From NCBI RefSeq assembly GCF_020745735.1, contig NC_083404.1, positions 108,933,731 to 108,997,730 of the forward strand: a DNA stretch of 64,000 nt, in the 5' to 3' direction. Below the pieces are notes generated by a model. That model saw only the letters and a list, made by a program, of their open reading frames with translations. It was not told where the DNA came from and ran no database searches. Shown piece after piece: positions 38,674-51,500 of this stretch (position 1 is the first letter of the stretch; the number at the start of each line of letters is the position of its first letter). Source of the stretch: Hemiscyllium ocellatum (lineage: Eukaryota). A program made the position numbers and the translations under genes.

Positions 38674-39198
38674 TTCCTGACATCACGTAGACAGAGATGA
38701 AGCTTCAAAGTGCCATCGGTCGATACACTCATTGTTTAAAAAAAAATCAAAATCAGTATCTTCCCTCTTTTTATAACCATGGTGCCAATATGACTGGCCC
38801 AGTTAGGTTTCTGGTCAATGATGCTCCTCAGGATGTTGGTAGAGGAGCTGTTGGTAGACAATAGGTCACATGATGTTGTTCGAACTTTACTTTCTAGACA
38901 TGGTCATTGCATGGTTAAAATGGCACAAAGGCAACCAGTGTTAGTCAGCTCAGGTCCAGATGGTGCCAATATGAGGCTGTAAAGTGGCACTGCCAGAGAA
39001 GTTGCAAACAGTAGCTAAACATCAAGATCAACAGCAAGAAATCGCACTCTTAATTGCAACCTAACTTTACACGAAAGTCACTGAGCAGCTGAAAATAGTT
39101 GGGCTAATTTTACAGTTCTAAATATCTTATGCAGTGACGTAAAGGAGTGGTGGTGACTGACTTTTGGCCACAGCTTATGTCCCACGTAATCTGGATAA

Positions 39199-39550
39199 AT
39201 TAGATTAGATTACTTACAGTGTGGAAACAGGCCCTTTGGCCCAACAAGTCCACACCGACCCGCCGAAGCGCAACCACCCATACCCCTACATTTACCCCTT
39301 ACCTAACACTACGGGCAATTTAGCATGGCCAATTCGCCTGAACTGCACATCTTTGGACTGTGGGAGGAAACCGGAGCACCCGGAGGAAACCCACGCAGAC
39401 ACGGGGAGAACGTGCAAACTCCACACAGTCAGTCAGTCACCTGAGTCGGGAATCGAACCCGGGTCTCGGGCGCTGTGAGGCAGCAGTGCTAACCACTGTG
39501 CCACCGTGCCGCCCACCAACAGTGCTAACGACTGTGCCACCATGCTGCCC
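39199..39550 (-). mobile_element. HE1-like V-SINE, young, with an extra head segment
   Basis: Near-consensus CpG-rich copy; second head fragment at 39519-39550. Confidence 0.9.
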
Positions 39551-40418
39551 CAAGTGTCTATTGCTTCTGTTTGATTCCAGCCGTGAGTATTTCTGTTTGA
39601 TTCTGACTGACTTCAAGTTTTGCTTGGGCTCCTGTGATGCCACACTTTGTTTTGAGGGCAACTCAGCCACTCCTACATTATCCATTTGTGATGAGGGCTA
39701 AAGTGAAGGTTATGAAATGAGTGCCTTAGGTGGAACCCAGATGGAGTCTCTAATGAGGCTCTCGGTGAGTGGATGTTACGTGATGACAATTATTTCTCCC
39801 CATTTCAGATTTCAAATCAGACAATGCTGGATATAGATATGTGTGTGTGTGTGTGGTTACATTTTCTGCACTTTTTCAATTGCATTTGTAGATATTTTGT
39901 TGTGGCCTCACAGTATGCCGTGCTAACTGCAGACTAGCATCCCCGGTATCATTAAGCATTTTAGCTCATTTCTTTCATTTCATAAACAGCTTACATCAAA
40001 CAGCAAGGAGATAGGATAGCATCCAAAAAGAAAATGTAAAAATACCACCAGAAATCCTTTCAAAGCATTGCTCTTCCCTGCAGAAGAAATGCTAACAAAC
40101 TTATGTTTTATCTGACACTAAGTTACAGCTGGGATAGGGCAATTCCCTCTGGTAATGTTGGCAGTCAGTTCTTTCCTTCCTGGCTTTAATCCAAAACAGA
40201 TGGAGCCTCTTGGTTCAAACCTATAGATTGTGGAAAATAGGTAACTCACTGTGGAAAAAAAAGGTAACTTACTGCCAGAATGGTGAAAAAAAATCTTACT
40301 CAGACACTAATACCAGATAAAATGTCTTTTTTTTCTGCAAACTAAAGAGTTTTGAAAATCTATTCAGCTCAGGTTCTGCAGAATTGTCGTCACAGGCAGC
40401 AGAATAAATATCCCATTG

Positions 40419-40436
40419 CACTGCCCTCTGCTGGCA
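40419..40436 (-). promoter_or_regulatory. CTCF consensus motif in intron 1
   Basis: Minus strand TGCCAGCAGAGGGCAGTG matches the core CCASYAGRKGGCRS exactly. Confidence 0.5.
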
Positions 40437-41138
40437 CAGCAAGAGAAATTATTACATCTGCAACCTAGTTTTCACATTCACACAGGATGAAAAAAAATAG
40501 CTTTGTACCCTGTCTCCACTGCCAAAGAACATTCTGTTCCTTGGCTCCAGCTCTCCCTCATTCATTCCATTTAAACTGTTTTAGTAAAAATAAACAGTGG
40601 AACAGATAGAACCCACAGGAATTTTCTACTGGCTCTATGACTCCCACTCAGCCTGGAACAGTGCGTTACAAGTATTTCACCCAGATGCGTTTGATAGCTC
40701 CTTTATGTTAAGGGGTTGGAGCATGCAAGGAAAGATTGAAGAGTGAAGGCAGTGCCGCTTAAAGGGCATGGTCAGCTGGGATCAATTTCTTGATCGTTTT
40801 AACAAAGACAAAGTATATAGAACCACATCACACCCTCAAGACATCCCACAGCGCTTCACAGCCAATTAATTTTCTGAAGCACAGCCACTTATGTAAACAA
40901 ATATGGTGGCTACACTGTGCACAAAGAAATCCCAAATACAACAAGTGTAATGAAAAGCTAGCTAAACTGTCATACTGGATAGGAATTCTGGCAAAAAAAA
41001 AACCCTTGCCAGGAACAAGCCAGAATCCCTGCTTTCAATGTTTCTGTCAAAAGATGACACCTCTGCCCCCTCAGTCCTGCACTGGAGGATCAGTTTAAAT
41101 GAAGTCTTTGAGAGCCTTAACCAACTGATCCAAACCAA

Positions 41139-41326
41139 TGAAAACTGAAAGAACTGCAGATGCTGTAATCAGAAACAAAAACAAATTGCTGGAAAAAACT
41201 CAGGAGGTCTGACAGCATCTGTAGAGTGAAATCAAAGTTAATGTTTTGGATCCAGTGACCATTCCCCAGAACTGCTCTCCATAGATGCTCCCCCAGACCT
41301 GCTGAGCTTTTCCAGCAATTTCTTTG
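41139..41326. mobile_element. Fold-back mini-element (second family) in intron 1
   Basis: Arms aaattgctggaaaaaactcaggaggtctg / cagacctgctgagcttttccagcaattt. Confidence 0.7.
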
Positions 41327-44300
41327 TCAGCCAAGCTACTAGTTAGTTTAGCAAAAAGGGAAGACTGCACTGACTCAGCAATGAGATTCTAAGTCCACTC
41401 TTAAGTGAGGAGTCAAACTGGCTTTGAGCCTCACCAACTCTAGTAGTTAAAGGAACCACACAATTGAGCCACACAGATCAAAAGAGTCCCTGGTTTGTGC
41501 AGAGTTCTCTGTTCTCCAACATAGCTAGCAGTGAAAGACTTGGCTTCAACAAGACTTGAATTCCACTCTTTGGGAAGAGGAGTAACCGAGCGAAGAGGCT
41601 GCCTCAGTTGTACAAATCACAATAGGTATGGGAAGAGCAAAAACTCTCCCACCACTTTGGCTCAATCACACGTTGTATAGTTCCAGAGGACTGGTCCCTC
41701 ACAACAGACAGAGAGAGAGAGAGACTGACAGACAACTGGTGAGGAGTTTAACCAGATAGTCACCATGCCTCAGGCGAGGGACAAGGTTGGGAAGGTTCAT
41801 GGTAACCTCAGCCAGTGTGGGAATTGAACTTGTGCAGTCGGGTGTCACTCTGTATCATGAACCAGCTGTGCAGTCAACTGAGCTAACCACTGTTGTCAAT
41901 GCCCTTTAATAACAGCACTGGTTTAAAATATTTCTCTGCCACGACTCTCAAATCATCTAAAAGACACAAACAAGAGCCAGCAAAGTAGAAAACCATCTTT
42001 CATTATTGTCACAGTACAGTTACTCACTCTTTATTGGGTGAAACGATGTGGTTCCGTCAAATAAGGAGGCACCTTTTTTCTCCAGGAAGCTCCCTTCTGC
42101 TTGGCCTTGACATTGATTTGCATTAATTTCCTGACTTGTAGTCAGAGGAATGCCTTTAATAAAATTCCTCCTGTTTCAGCATAGTACTTAAAATAAGCCC
42201 CAGAGTAAAAATTGGGAGTTTACATTTTTGTGTTAAATCAGGCTCAGAGTTAATGTAAAAAGTGACATTCCTCCATACCCACACTCCAAAGAAATGGCAA
42301 ACTATGAAGCAAAGCCTTCTGACTTACCCTCGCAACAATCTTTCCTTCTCCTTTCCTACTTGCTTCTTTTCACCTCTAGATTCTCTGCCTCCTCCCACTT
42401 GCAGGTGGAAAACCTTGTGGGATCATGGTGCAGATATCTAAATCCACAAAGCAATATTTTTCCCTTTATTGTTCTTTTAACTGACCTTTCAAACAAGTTG
42501 CTGGATAGAAGTGTCATCGGCACACCATAATTCTGGCTTCTGCCACTTTGCACATTTCCCAAGCAAGGTGGTAGGGCAAGCTGATGGTGGTGGAGGAAGT
42601 AACAAGATAAGCGACATGAATTAACAAGTGCCTTTAATGTCATTAAGCAAAGGCCCAGAGTGACTTCACTAGAGCGTACAAAGCCAGCCAACAAAAAGTG
42701 ACAAAGGAGCAGACATATAACCAATCTTTTGCCATATCAAAAAACGTGTAAAAAAGATAGTATCCAGGACAGTCCTTAGTCCGCAAGGGATAGAAATTTC
42801 TTTATAGTCATGTGTGCTCCCCAGTCAAACATGTTGGACTATTGCTGTCATGTCAAAATTGGAGCTTACTTCTACACCGGAGCTCCTCATGGTCTATTAA
42901 TTGTGCAAAGTTAAATTCATGCAACAGGGCTACAGCAACACTGCTAAATCGAAGAGCTGCAAAGAAAACTAGTTTTAGTATTCCTCAGTGACAGGTTTGA
43001 AATCGGTGCTGATCGAGTGTGAAAAGACCGAGGTAGGTGAGCAGGATGCCCGAGAACTCCCGATAACTCTGCTCTTCCAAAACCAAAAATTTCTGTCAGC
43101 AGCAAAAACGCTTTGTGGAGGTGTGGCTGTACAAGTAGACAAACCGGTTTCTACTTGCACACTGAAGTTCATTCCTAGCCACCTGAGAATGGAAATTCTC
43201 CAGTCAAAGAAAAGCTAGTTTATACATTATGCACCTGCATTAAAACATTTAAAAATACATGGCAATATGGTAAAAAAAAACAAAAACCACATAGAAAAAA
43301 AACTACATGTCCAATGATTAATTTAATAGTTTGCCACCTTCAAATAGCTTCATAAATCACCTGCCTTTAAAGCACCTAGCATGCATTTCTCATTAAGAAC
43401 AACAATGGAAAAAAGGACAGCAGCCTGCAAACACAGCATGCCAAGGGCAATACGTTCCATTACGATAAACCCATTTACAGAACCATAAACCTGAAGTGGT
43501 TGGGAAATTTACTGTGGCTTTAATAAAACTGCAAATGATGCACAGTATAAGTACCTCATCTCAATTAAAATATCAGAATCCTCTGAATGGCTCTACACAT
43601 TGCTCAGTGATACTAAGTACAAAAGACTTGAAATTCAAATTGGTGGCCTGCATCGAGTCGGTTTGTCTCAAATTGGGTCAATAAAATGGAATAGGCAAAG
43701 TACAATAGGCCATTGCTTAGCACACCTGCAACTGTGAGAAGAGGAACAACGTCAGGATTCTTGCTCCCGTTTGCCAACCAGGAACACATCTTGGAAGGTG
43801 CACTCTGTTGTGGACTTTGGACGTTTTCCATCAAATTGCAAAGCCATAAGCCAGGGCATGCATACTATGAGAGCAACCCTTTGCTGTCTTGTATCACACT
43901 AGTTTCTTTGACTTTGAGCTAACATGACACGGAGACAATTTCAAGCGTTGCTGCTGGAATTGGGTATAGCTCATCAACAAATGTGAAAATATAGCCAAGT
44001 AACTGAGTACAGAAATCACATTTTTATTTTGGATTTGATTTTTTCTGTTCTTAGTGAAGCTCCTGAGCTAACTAAATCTTGGCAATTTACGTGTTGCAGT
44101 CCAATTGGGAAAAACAAAACACTCCCATGACCAGATATATGCTTTACCCAATAAAATATTGGGTATCAGAACACTACTGATGTACCTCTCATGCAATGAG
44201 CCAGTTCCACTGGCAAGTCATCTTTACTCATTCTGGGGATGTAGGCAAGGCGGTCATTTGCTGCCCATTCCAAGAATTGTTGGATAGGCCACATTGTGGG

Positions 44301-44649
44301 ATGGGAATCACACAGGCCAGGCAGGGACTCCCAAGCTCCTTTCACCAATTAAACATTAATGAAAACAGTTGTGTTTGTGATAATTTTACTGATACCAGAT
44401 TTTTAAAAAAATAATATCGAATTATTGCATTTCAAATCACTGCCTGAGTTAAGATAGTCACTGCACAATGTTCTATATATTCCAATTTCCTCACTGCAAT
44501 AAGTTATAAACAACTAGTCAACCTTACATATAATTGCGTAAAACAGAAGTTTCTAAGATTAAGTTGTTAATCAAAAAGCAAGAGGTGGGGAGGGGTGGTG
44601 AAGAGAGAAGAGGGGAGAATGTGGAATGACTTTTACATAATTACAATTT

Positions 44650-45720
44650 AAGAGTCATAGAGATATATAGCATGAAAACAGACCTTTCGGTCCAACTCAT
44701 CCACTCCGATCAGATATCCGAACCTAATCTAGTCCTATTTGCCATCACTTGGCCCATATGCCTCCAAACCCTTCCTATTCATATACCCATCCAAATGCCT
44801 TTTAAATGTTGTAATTGTACCAGCCTCCACCATTTCCTTTGACAGCTCATTCCATACATGCACCACTCTCTGCGTGAAAATGTTGCCCCTTAGGTCTTTT
44901 TTATGTCATTCCACTCTTACCCTAAACCTATGCCTTCTAGTTCTGGACTCCCCCACCCCAGGGAAAAGACTTTGTCTATTTATCCTATCTATGTCCCTCT
45001 TGATTTTATAAACCTCTATAAAGGTCACCCCTCAGTCTTCGACGCTCCAGGGAAAACAGCCCCAGCCTATTCAATCTCTCCCCATTGCTCAAATCCTCCA
45101 AACCTGGCAATATCCTTTTAAATCCTTTCCTGAACCCTTTCAAAGTTTCACACCATCCTTCTAATAGGAAGGAAACCAGATCTGCATGCAATACTCCAAA
45201 GGTGGCCTAAACAACATCCTGTACAGTCCCAACATGACCTCCCAACTCCTATACTCAATGCTCTGCCCAGTAAAGGAAAACATACCATACACCACCTTCA
45301 CTATCCTATCTACCTGTGACTCTACTTTCAAGGAGCTATGAACCTGCACTCCATGGTCTCTTTGTTTAGCAACACTCCCCAGGACCTTACCATTGTCAGA
45401 TTTGCTTTCCCAAAACGCAGCACCTTGCATTTCTGATTAAACTCCATCTGCCACTCCTCAGCCCATTGGCCCATCTGGTCCAGATCCTGTTGTAATCCGA
45501 GGTGACCTTCTTTGCTGTCCATGACATCTCCAATTTTGGTGTCATCTGCAAATTTACTAACTATACCTCCTATGTTCATACCCAAATTATTTTATATAAG
45601 TGATGAAAAGAAGTGGACCCTAGCACCAATCCTTGTGGCACTCCACTGGCCACAGTATGAAAACACCCCCCCCACCAGCACCCTCTGGCTTCCACCTTCA
45701 AGCTAGTTCTGTATCTACAG
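44650..45720 (-). mobile_element. CR1-clade LINE 3' fragment in intron 1
   Basis: SKFADDTKIG, RPPLEYCMQIW, LFSLERRRLRGDL; same 3' end as the 13743 copy. Confidence 0.9.
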
Positions 45721-45734
45721 TTGAAATCCACCTT

Positions 45735-45936
45735 AAAAAAGAGAAGAACTGCAGTAGCCAAAAATCAGAAACAAAAGCAGAAATTGCTGGAAAGGCTCAG
45801 CAGGACTGGCAGCATCTGTGGAGAGAAATCAGAGCTAACGTTTCGGGTCACTACACCCAAAACATTAACTCTGATTTCTCTCTACAGATATCTCTGGACC
45901 CGCTGAGCAATTTTCAGGCAATTTCAGTTTTTGTTT
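45735..45936. mobile_element. Fold-back mini-element (second family)
   Basis: Inverted arms around gtttcgggtcactacaccc; TSD ttgaaatc(c/t)a(c/t)ctt at 45721-45734 and 45937-45950. Confidence 0.7.
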
Positions 45937-48900
45937 TTGAAATCTATCTTCTCTTATCCCCCCACCATCAGAATTGTCAGGACAAAGTGTGTTCTTGCTT
46001 CATAGGTAGCACAAAAGGAACTAAGAGCACATGCACAGAAATAAGGGGCTGAACAGCAGTCTTCAAGGGTAACCTATCAAAAGGGTAACCAGGAAGATTC
46101 AGACTTCAGTGGCAAGCAGGCGTTAAGTATAAATAATTCAGCCATTTTGACTAAAAGTCATGGATTAACATAAACACAAGATGGGACCATTATTCAAGAA
46201 TTACAGTATATATAAAGTAGAAACAAGTTATATATTAAGCTACAATGTCCTACAACAACCTTCTGAATATGAGAAGATTGTACAGTAAATAGCCAATGGC
46301 TTATTGTGCAGGCCAATGTTCCTTTCAGAAAAGTGACACACTTAGCAACAGAAGAGAATGTGAAAGCCAATTGAAGGAAACTTTATGTTGCACCTCCTAT
46401 TGTTACGGTCAGCAATTTCTTCCCCTCCATCTCTGCCAAAAGAACTGCACATTTTCATTTCTACTGCACAACAAAATGATTCTCTTTTTAAGGCAGCTGG
46501 CTCGGAACCAACCAGCACGAGACCTCAGTTCCTTTCTAACCTCCTCCTCCCTCCAGCTGTGTGCGCCAAACAGGAGGAAAAAATTGCCACTAAATTTAGA
46601 ATTTAAAAAAGCAATTTGTAAAAAAAAAATTATTTAAAAAGCCAAACGGAAAGAACACAGGAGGGGAATTCAAGAAGTGGGGAAGGGGCTAGATGAAAAG
46701 AACAGAACAGAGGTTGAAGGTGGTTGAAGAATGCACAGTGTTTCTACTGAAACAGATTTGAACGGTACTCCTGGGATTAATAACTATCATGCTCTACTGC
46801 TGATTAATTATTTAGTCAGGCCAAACTGTAATTACAGCTGTTCCTCACAAGGTGCCACAAACACATCTCACAAGCTATACTCAGCTCCCCAATGCCCTAA
46901 ATTTAAAGGCAAATACTTTCCCAACTCACTTATTGGGCTATATTTAGAAAGGCTACTTCTGAAGTAGTAAGTTCTGAAGTCAATTTCTTAAACTGGTGAG
47001 ATGCCACTGGAGTGGCAAAACAGCAAAAAGAATGAAGGGTTCAGTAATTTGAAAATGAGAAAAGCCCTGGGTGTTTCATAGAAAAGAAACACAGAAAAGA
47101 TGCTGAACTAAAAGGAGGAGACTATTTAGGATGGACGATCAGAAATTTAGATGAAGCAATGAAATTTGAGGGTCTTAAAAGAAAAGAGAAGAGGCAGATG
47201 TGTGTGGGAGGGGGGTGAAATACTGTAAGTGGGTAATGATGGGAAGACAGATTGTAGCATAATTCCAGTTCTACTCAGCCCTCAATTTTTATAGGTCTCA
47301 AAATGGTTGTCAAGGGAATCTCAACAAATCTTTGTATGTACAGGTGACACTAGTTTTAAAAAAACATGGAAAAAAAATCTTCCATCGATTGCAAAGCTGA
47401 AAAACAGTTCAGTGTCCAAACTCAGCTAAAATATTTATTCTGTTGTAAAGACATACCCAGAAAAAAAGATTCTGAAGAACTCAAATTCTTGGGAGCCTTT
47501 AAATTGTTAGTTCCCAGAATCTCAAACCACAAGAAACATGAACTTTCAACAATGTCATTTAAACTAGCCAAAAGGTTTACTAACTTATTGGCAAGGCCCT
47601 GGCACATTTAAGACAATGGAGGTTATTTCACAATGAAAGCATCAGCTTAAAAAAAAGGACAATATATTCTCAAACTTTGTGTATTAAATAAATACACTAA
47701 CTAGGCCACGTTCAGCTCTTACTCTGTTGGTTCCACTTTTCAACAAACGCTCTTGCTCACCCTCCTCCTTTCCATCTATTTTCTAACTTTGGTATCTGAA
47801 TGGTCTTCACCCCAGCAAAAAATGTCTAAGAATTTCTTTTGCCTGTTGCTTAAGTTAGGAGCACCGTACAAAAGCAAATTTTTGTTATTATTTTGTAACT
47901 GAAATTATCAAAAAGGTAAACTTGGGAAAATATAATTGACTAAATGTTTATTTTGACATAATTTCACTTTTTATATAAAAAAACTACTGAAACAGATTTT
48001 TGCTGAAAAGTTATACACAACTAAGTGGCCCTCAACCGTTGGAATTGACTAAGAATGTGGATTAAGGATTTGGGGGAAAAAAACATGTTAAAAAATGTGC
48101 GCAGCATTCCTGAGGGAAGGAACAGACAACTAACCTGCTACATAGAATACATGAGAGAAAAATTCACAGTGATTTGTTAATTTGCACAGTGGAACTGATT
48201 CAGTTATAAGAGCAGACACAGCATGAAACTTCGCCTCTTCAAGACTGATCATTATCTCTCATCATTGTTGACTGAGGCGGCTTAATTAACCTCCTTTGAA
48301 GTCAACCTTTCAAATACCTCCACATTCCACAGGCAGATAAAACAAAACTTACACAATCAGAAACATCTCTCAATATATTACTTAAAAATGATCACAGTAT
48401 AGGAGTATTTGCTGGAAATTATCTTAAAAGAGACAAGGCGGCTCATTAGGGTATATCAGAATTTACAAGAACACAACATTCGAGATTTACAATGTTTCCA
48501 CCAACACACAGTATGATCTAACTCCTTTCGATTTGTTCCTTCAGAATTATATAACAAGTTAAAATTTTATGTTTAAGGAGTACACATTTTGAAATGGAGA
48601 TGTATTCTGCATCAGACACAAAGTACAGTGACAGAGAAAACTAAAATATGCTCAGTGTCTATGAAATGAAATCTGCTCATAGCGAGTATGGGCATACATA
48701 TGTGCATTTGATTGTTACACTCTGCAGTACTTCAACTGAGCATAAACTCAGACATCCTAGTACTCCAGGTTACTACGGCAACATATTTTTTCTGTCTAGC
48801 AACTCGCAGGAACAGTCTGAACCTACTGAATAAGCACTTTTTGGAACAAGAACAAAATTACATTCAGTCTTAACCAGACACAAATAAATATATATTTTAT

Positions 48901-49103
48901 GCAGATAAACAGACAGTTAAAAGATATAAATATACATTAATTCCCCAGCTACCTCACATTAAAGCAACACTGTAACACCCCTATCTGACAAGTAGCGCTA
49001 CAACACATACCATCCAAGTACACTATCTAACTCCGCCAGGGAGATTACATACCAGAAATTCTATGAAATCTTATAACATAAAGAGAGAAAAAAAGAAACT
49101 TAC

Positions 49104-49700
49104 CTCTTGAGAATTCTCAGGGCTTGATAATCACCATTAATTTGAAGGAGAATAGAGGGCAGGGACTTGTAAAAATTGAGTCGAATTCCTCTTTTTGAAT
49201 TGAAATAAAAAGTTGATTCTCTTATATTCTCATGTTGTGAAGATTAAGGTAACTGGAGGAGTGAGTGAGCGAGCTGTAGGGAGTTGGTTTAGGATTCCCG
49301 AATACGGGAGACACTTGGAGGTGTGGAGGAGAGCGGCGGCTGGTCGCTGTCGTTGGGTGAGTGGGGGAGGCTGGGGAGGAGTGTGGTGGTGGTGGTGGTG
49401 GTGGTGGTGGTGGTGGTTGGGTTGGGGGGGGGGGGGGGGGTTGGGGCTTATTAGCGGAGTTGCTGCCGCTGCTAAGGAGCGAGTGACAGGGAGCAGGCGG
49501 CACGGAGCTTACTGCTGCTCCGGTAGCTCCAAGCGGACTGGAGGGGGATGGAGCTGCAGCTTGAGCTTCGCCACTGACTGGCTCCCAGTGAAGTGACTCA
49601 GTCGTTTCTTCTCCCCCCCAACTCCCTCCCTCTCTCCACCTTCTTCTCCTCCTCCCTGCCGGGCTAGCTCTCCTTTCTCTCGCCACCCAGTGGAAAAAAA
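49104..49700 (-). other. CSRNP1: Putative non-coding first exon (5'UTR) of CSRNP1; 5' end uncertain
   Basis: The most clearly GC/CpG-rich segment in the window, ending at a consensus donor GAG|GTAAGT (49104/49103). The first coding exon has an acceptor and so needs an upstream exon. An alternative donor GCA|GTAAGC lies at 49513/49512. Confidence 0.6.
49384..49440 (+). repeat. (TGG)11 microsatellite plus G17 tract in putative exon 1
   Basis: Directly visible. Confidence 0.95.
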
Positions 49701-50250
49701 AGCTTGTTGCGAACTGACGCACGCTCTGACAGACTCCAACCCACTGCTTCCTGTTCCCAGCAAAACCTCCCTCTCTCTCTCTCACTACCCAAGTCATTAA
49801 TGTTGCATTTATTACTGTGCAACCACCACAGGATTTTTTTTCAGCTTATCCACAAACCAAGTCGTAACGTAAGAATGAATTGTAAAATAAAATTTAACCA
49901 AACGTGCTAATATTTATTTAAAGTTGTAAAGCAAAATTCAAATTTTTTTTATCTTTCTCTCCCCCTCACATACAAAACGTTATGAAAACAGACTGTTGGC
50001 AGTAAAGGTCAGATTAAAATCTCTGTAGTCTGTGTTTCTTTCTTTGTCCCCCTCCCAATCCTTTATTAAACGAATACAACCAAGAGGCTGTCAGAATTTG
50101 GCAAGTGTCCTGAAAAAACAACTCTTGTGTGTATCTCCTTTGACATCACCAGTACGTGGGGGAAAAGAGGTTTCTCTTTCCACATTTCCTCAATGTATGC
50201 ACAAGTGATGCATTTTCACACCCTTAAACTCTGACGTCAGATTACAAACT
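49580..50250 (-). promoter_or_regulatory. Putative CSRNP1 promoter with AP-1, CRE and ETS motifs
   Basis: TGACTCA 49594-49600, TGACGCA 49715-49721, CTTCCTG (ETS) 49747-49753, and a perfect CRE in the 12-bp palindrome TCTGACGTCAGA 50230-50241; the segment is free of recognisable TEs. Confidence 0.55.
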
Positions 50251-50646
50251 GCTGAAGTAACAGAACTGATTCAGCATATGATATAACACCTTCCTGCGCT
50301 TTCCATGTACAGTCTGTAAGCATTCCACGGCCACTGGGAATTGTATTACCCTTTCAGCTCAGCCTGCTCGTTTTTCTTTCTTCAGTGGATCACTCCCAAT
50401 GTTCACCGCAAGTGCCAAAACTTTCTACAGGGATTGATATACCCCATGGACCAAAAAACCGTAAGCTGTAAGAGGAGAAGTAGGCCGTTTCGCCCATCAA
50501 ACTCCACCATTCAATTAGACCATTGCTGATTAGATTGCCCTCAACTCCACTTCTTTCCCTTTGCTACAGAACTCTTATTGGTCCAAAATCCCTCTCTCTA
50601 TTTTGCCCTGAATAAACTTAACAATCCAACCTTGACAAACCTCTCA

Positions 50647-51500
50647 ACTGGCTATACTAAATTGTCAGTGGTGTCCAGGGATGTGCAGGCTAGGTGGATT
50701 AACCATAGTAAATGCAGGGTTATGGAGATGGGTCAGAGTGAATTGCTCTTTGGAAGGTCAGTGCAGACTTGAAGGAGCTGAATGACCTCTTTCCACATTG
50801 TCAGGATTCTATGATTCTACATGGGCTTCATGGTGGCACAGTAGTTAGCACTGCTGCCTCACAGCACCAGGGACCTGGGTTCAATTCTTGCCTCAGGTGT
50901 GGAGTTTGTACATTCTCCCTGTGTCTGTGTGGGTTTCCTCTGGGTGCTCTGGTTTCGTCCCACAGTCCAACAATGTGCAGGTCAGTTGAGTTGGCCATGC
51001 TAAATTGCCTGTAATGTTAGGTGTAGGGGAATGGGTCTGGGTGGGTTGCGCTTCAGCAGGTGGGTGTGGACTTGTTGGGCCGAAGGGCCTGTTTCCACAC
51101 TGTAAGTAATCGAGTCATTCCATTTGCCTTTCGTATTATGCACTGAACTTTGATGCTAGCTTTTTGTGATTCATGCAGAAGGACCCACAAAATAGGGCAG
51201 CACAGTGGTTAGCACTGCTGCCTCACCGCGCCAGAGACCAGGGTTCAATTCCCGCCTCAGGCAACTGTCTGTGTGGAGTTTGCATGTTCTCCCTGTGTCT
51301 GTGTGGGTTTGCTCCGGTTTCCTCTCTCAGTCAAAAGAGATGAATTGACTATTCTAAATTGCCCGTAGTGTTAGGTGAAGGGGTAAATGTAGGGGAATGG
51401 GTCTGGATGGGTTGCTCTTCGGAGGGTCGGTGTGGACTTGTTGGGCCAAAGGGCCTGTTTGCTTGGTCAACCACAATGGAAAATCTAAACCAATCTAAAC
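50647..51500 (+). mobile_element. Cluster of three HE1-like V-SINEs (3' half 50647-50820; full 50823-51111; 51194-51500) nested in a reverse CR1 3' end
   Basis: Two heads and V-domains plus tails; CR1 remnants at 50460-50645 and 51112-51190. Confidence 0.85.

Noticed and set aside
39420-39514. tRNA gene-like sequence with A and B boxes
   Set aside because: It is the tRNA-derived head of a SINE, continuing into the V-domain; no independent tRNA gene is supported.
40229-40275. Tandem GTGGAAAA..GGTAACT(C/T)ACTG with splice-donor-like cores
   Set aside because: Short local duplication with no associated exon identifiable.
49222-49797. 191-aa Pro-rich minus ORF and 127-aa Trp/Gly-rich plus ORF
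   Set aside because: Both result from GC-rich, low-complexity (TGG)n and poly-G sequence at the promoter, with no recognisable domain or splice link to the CDS.
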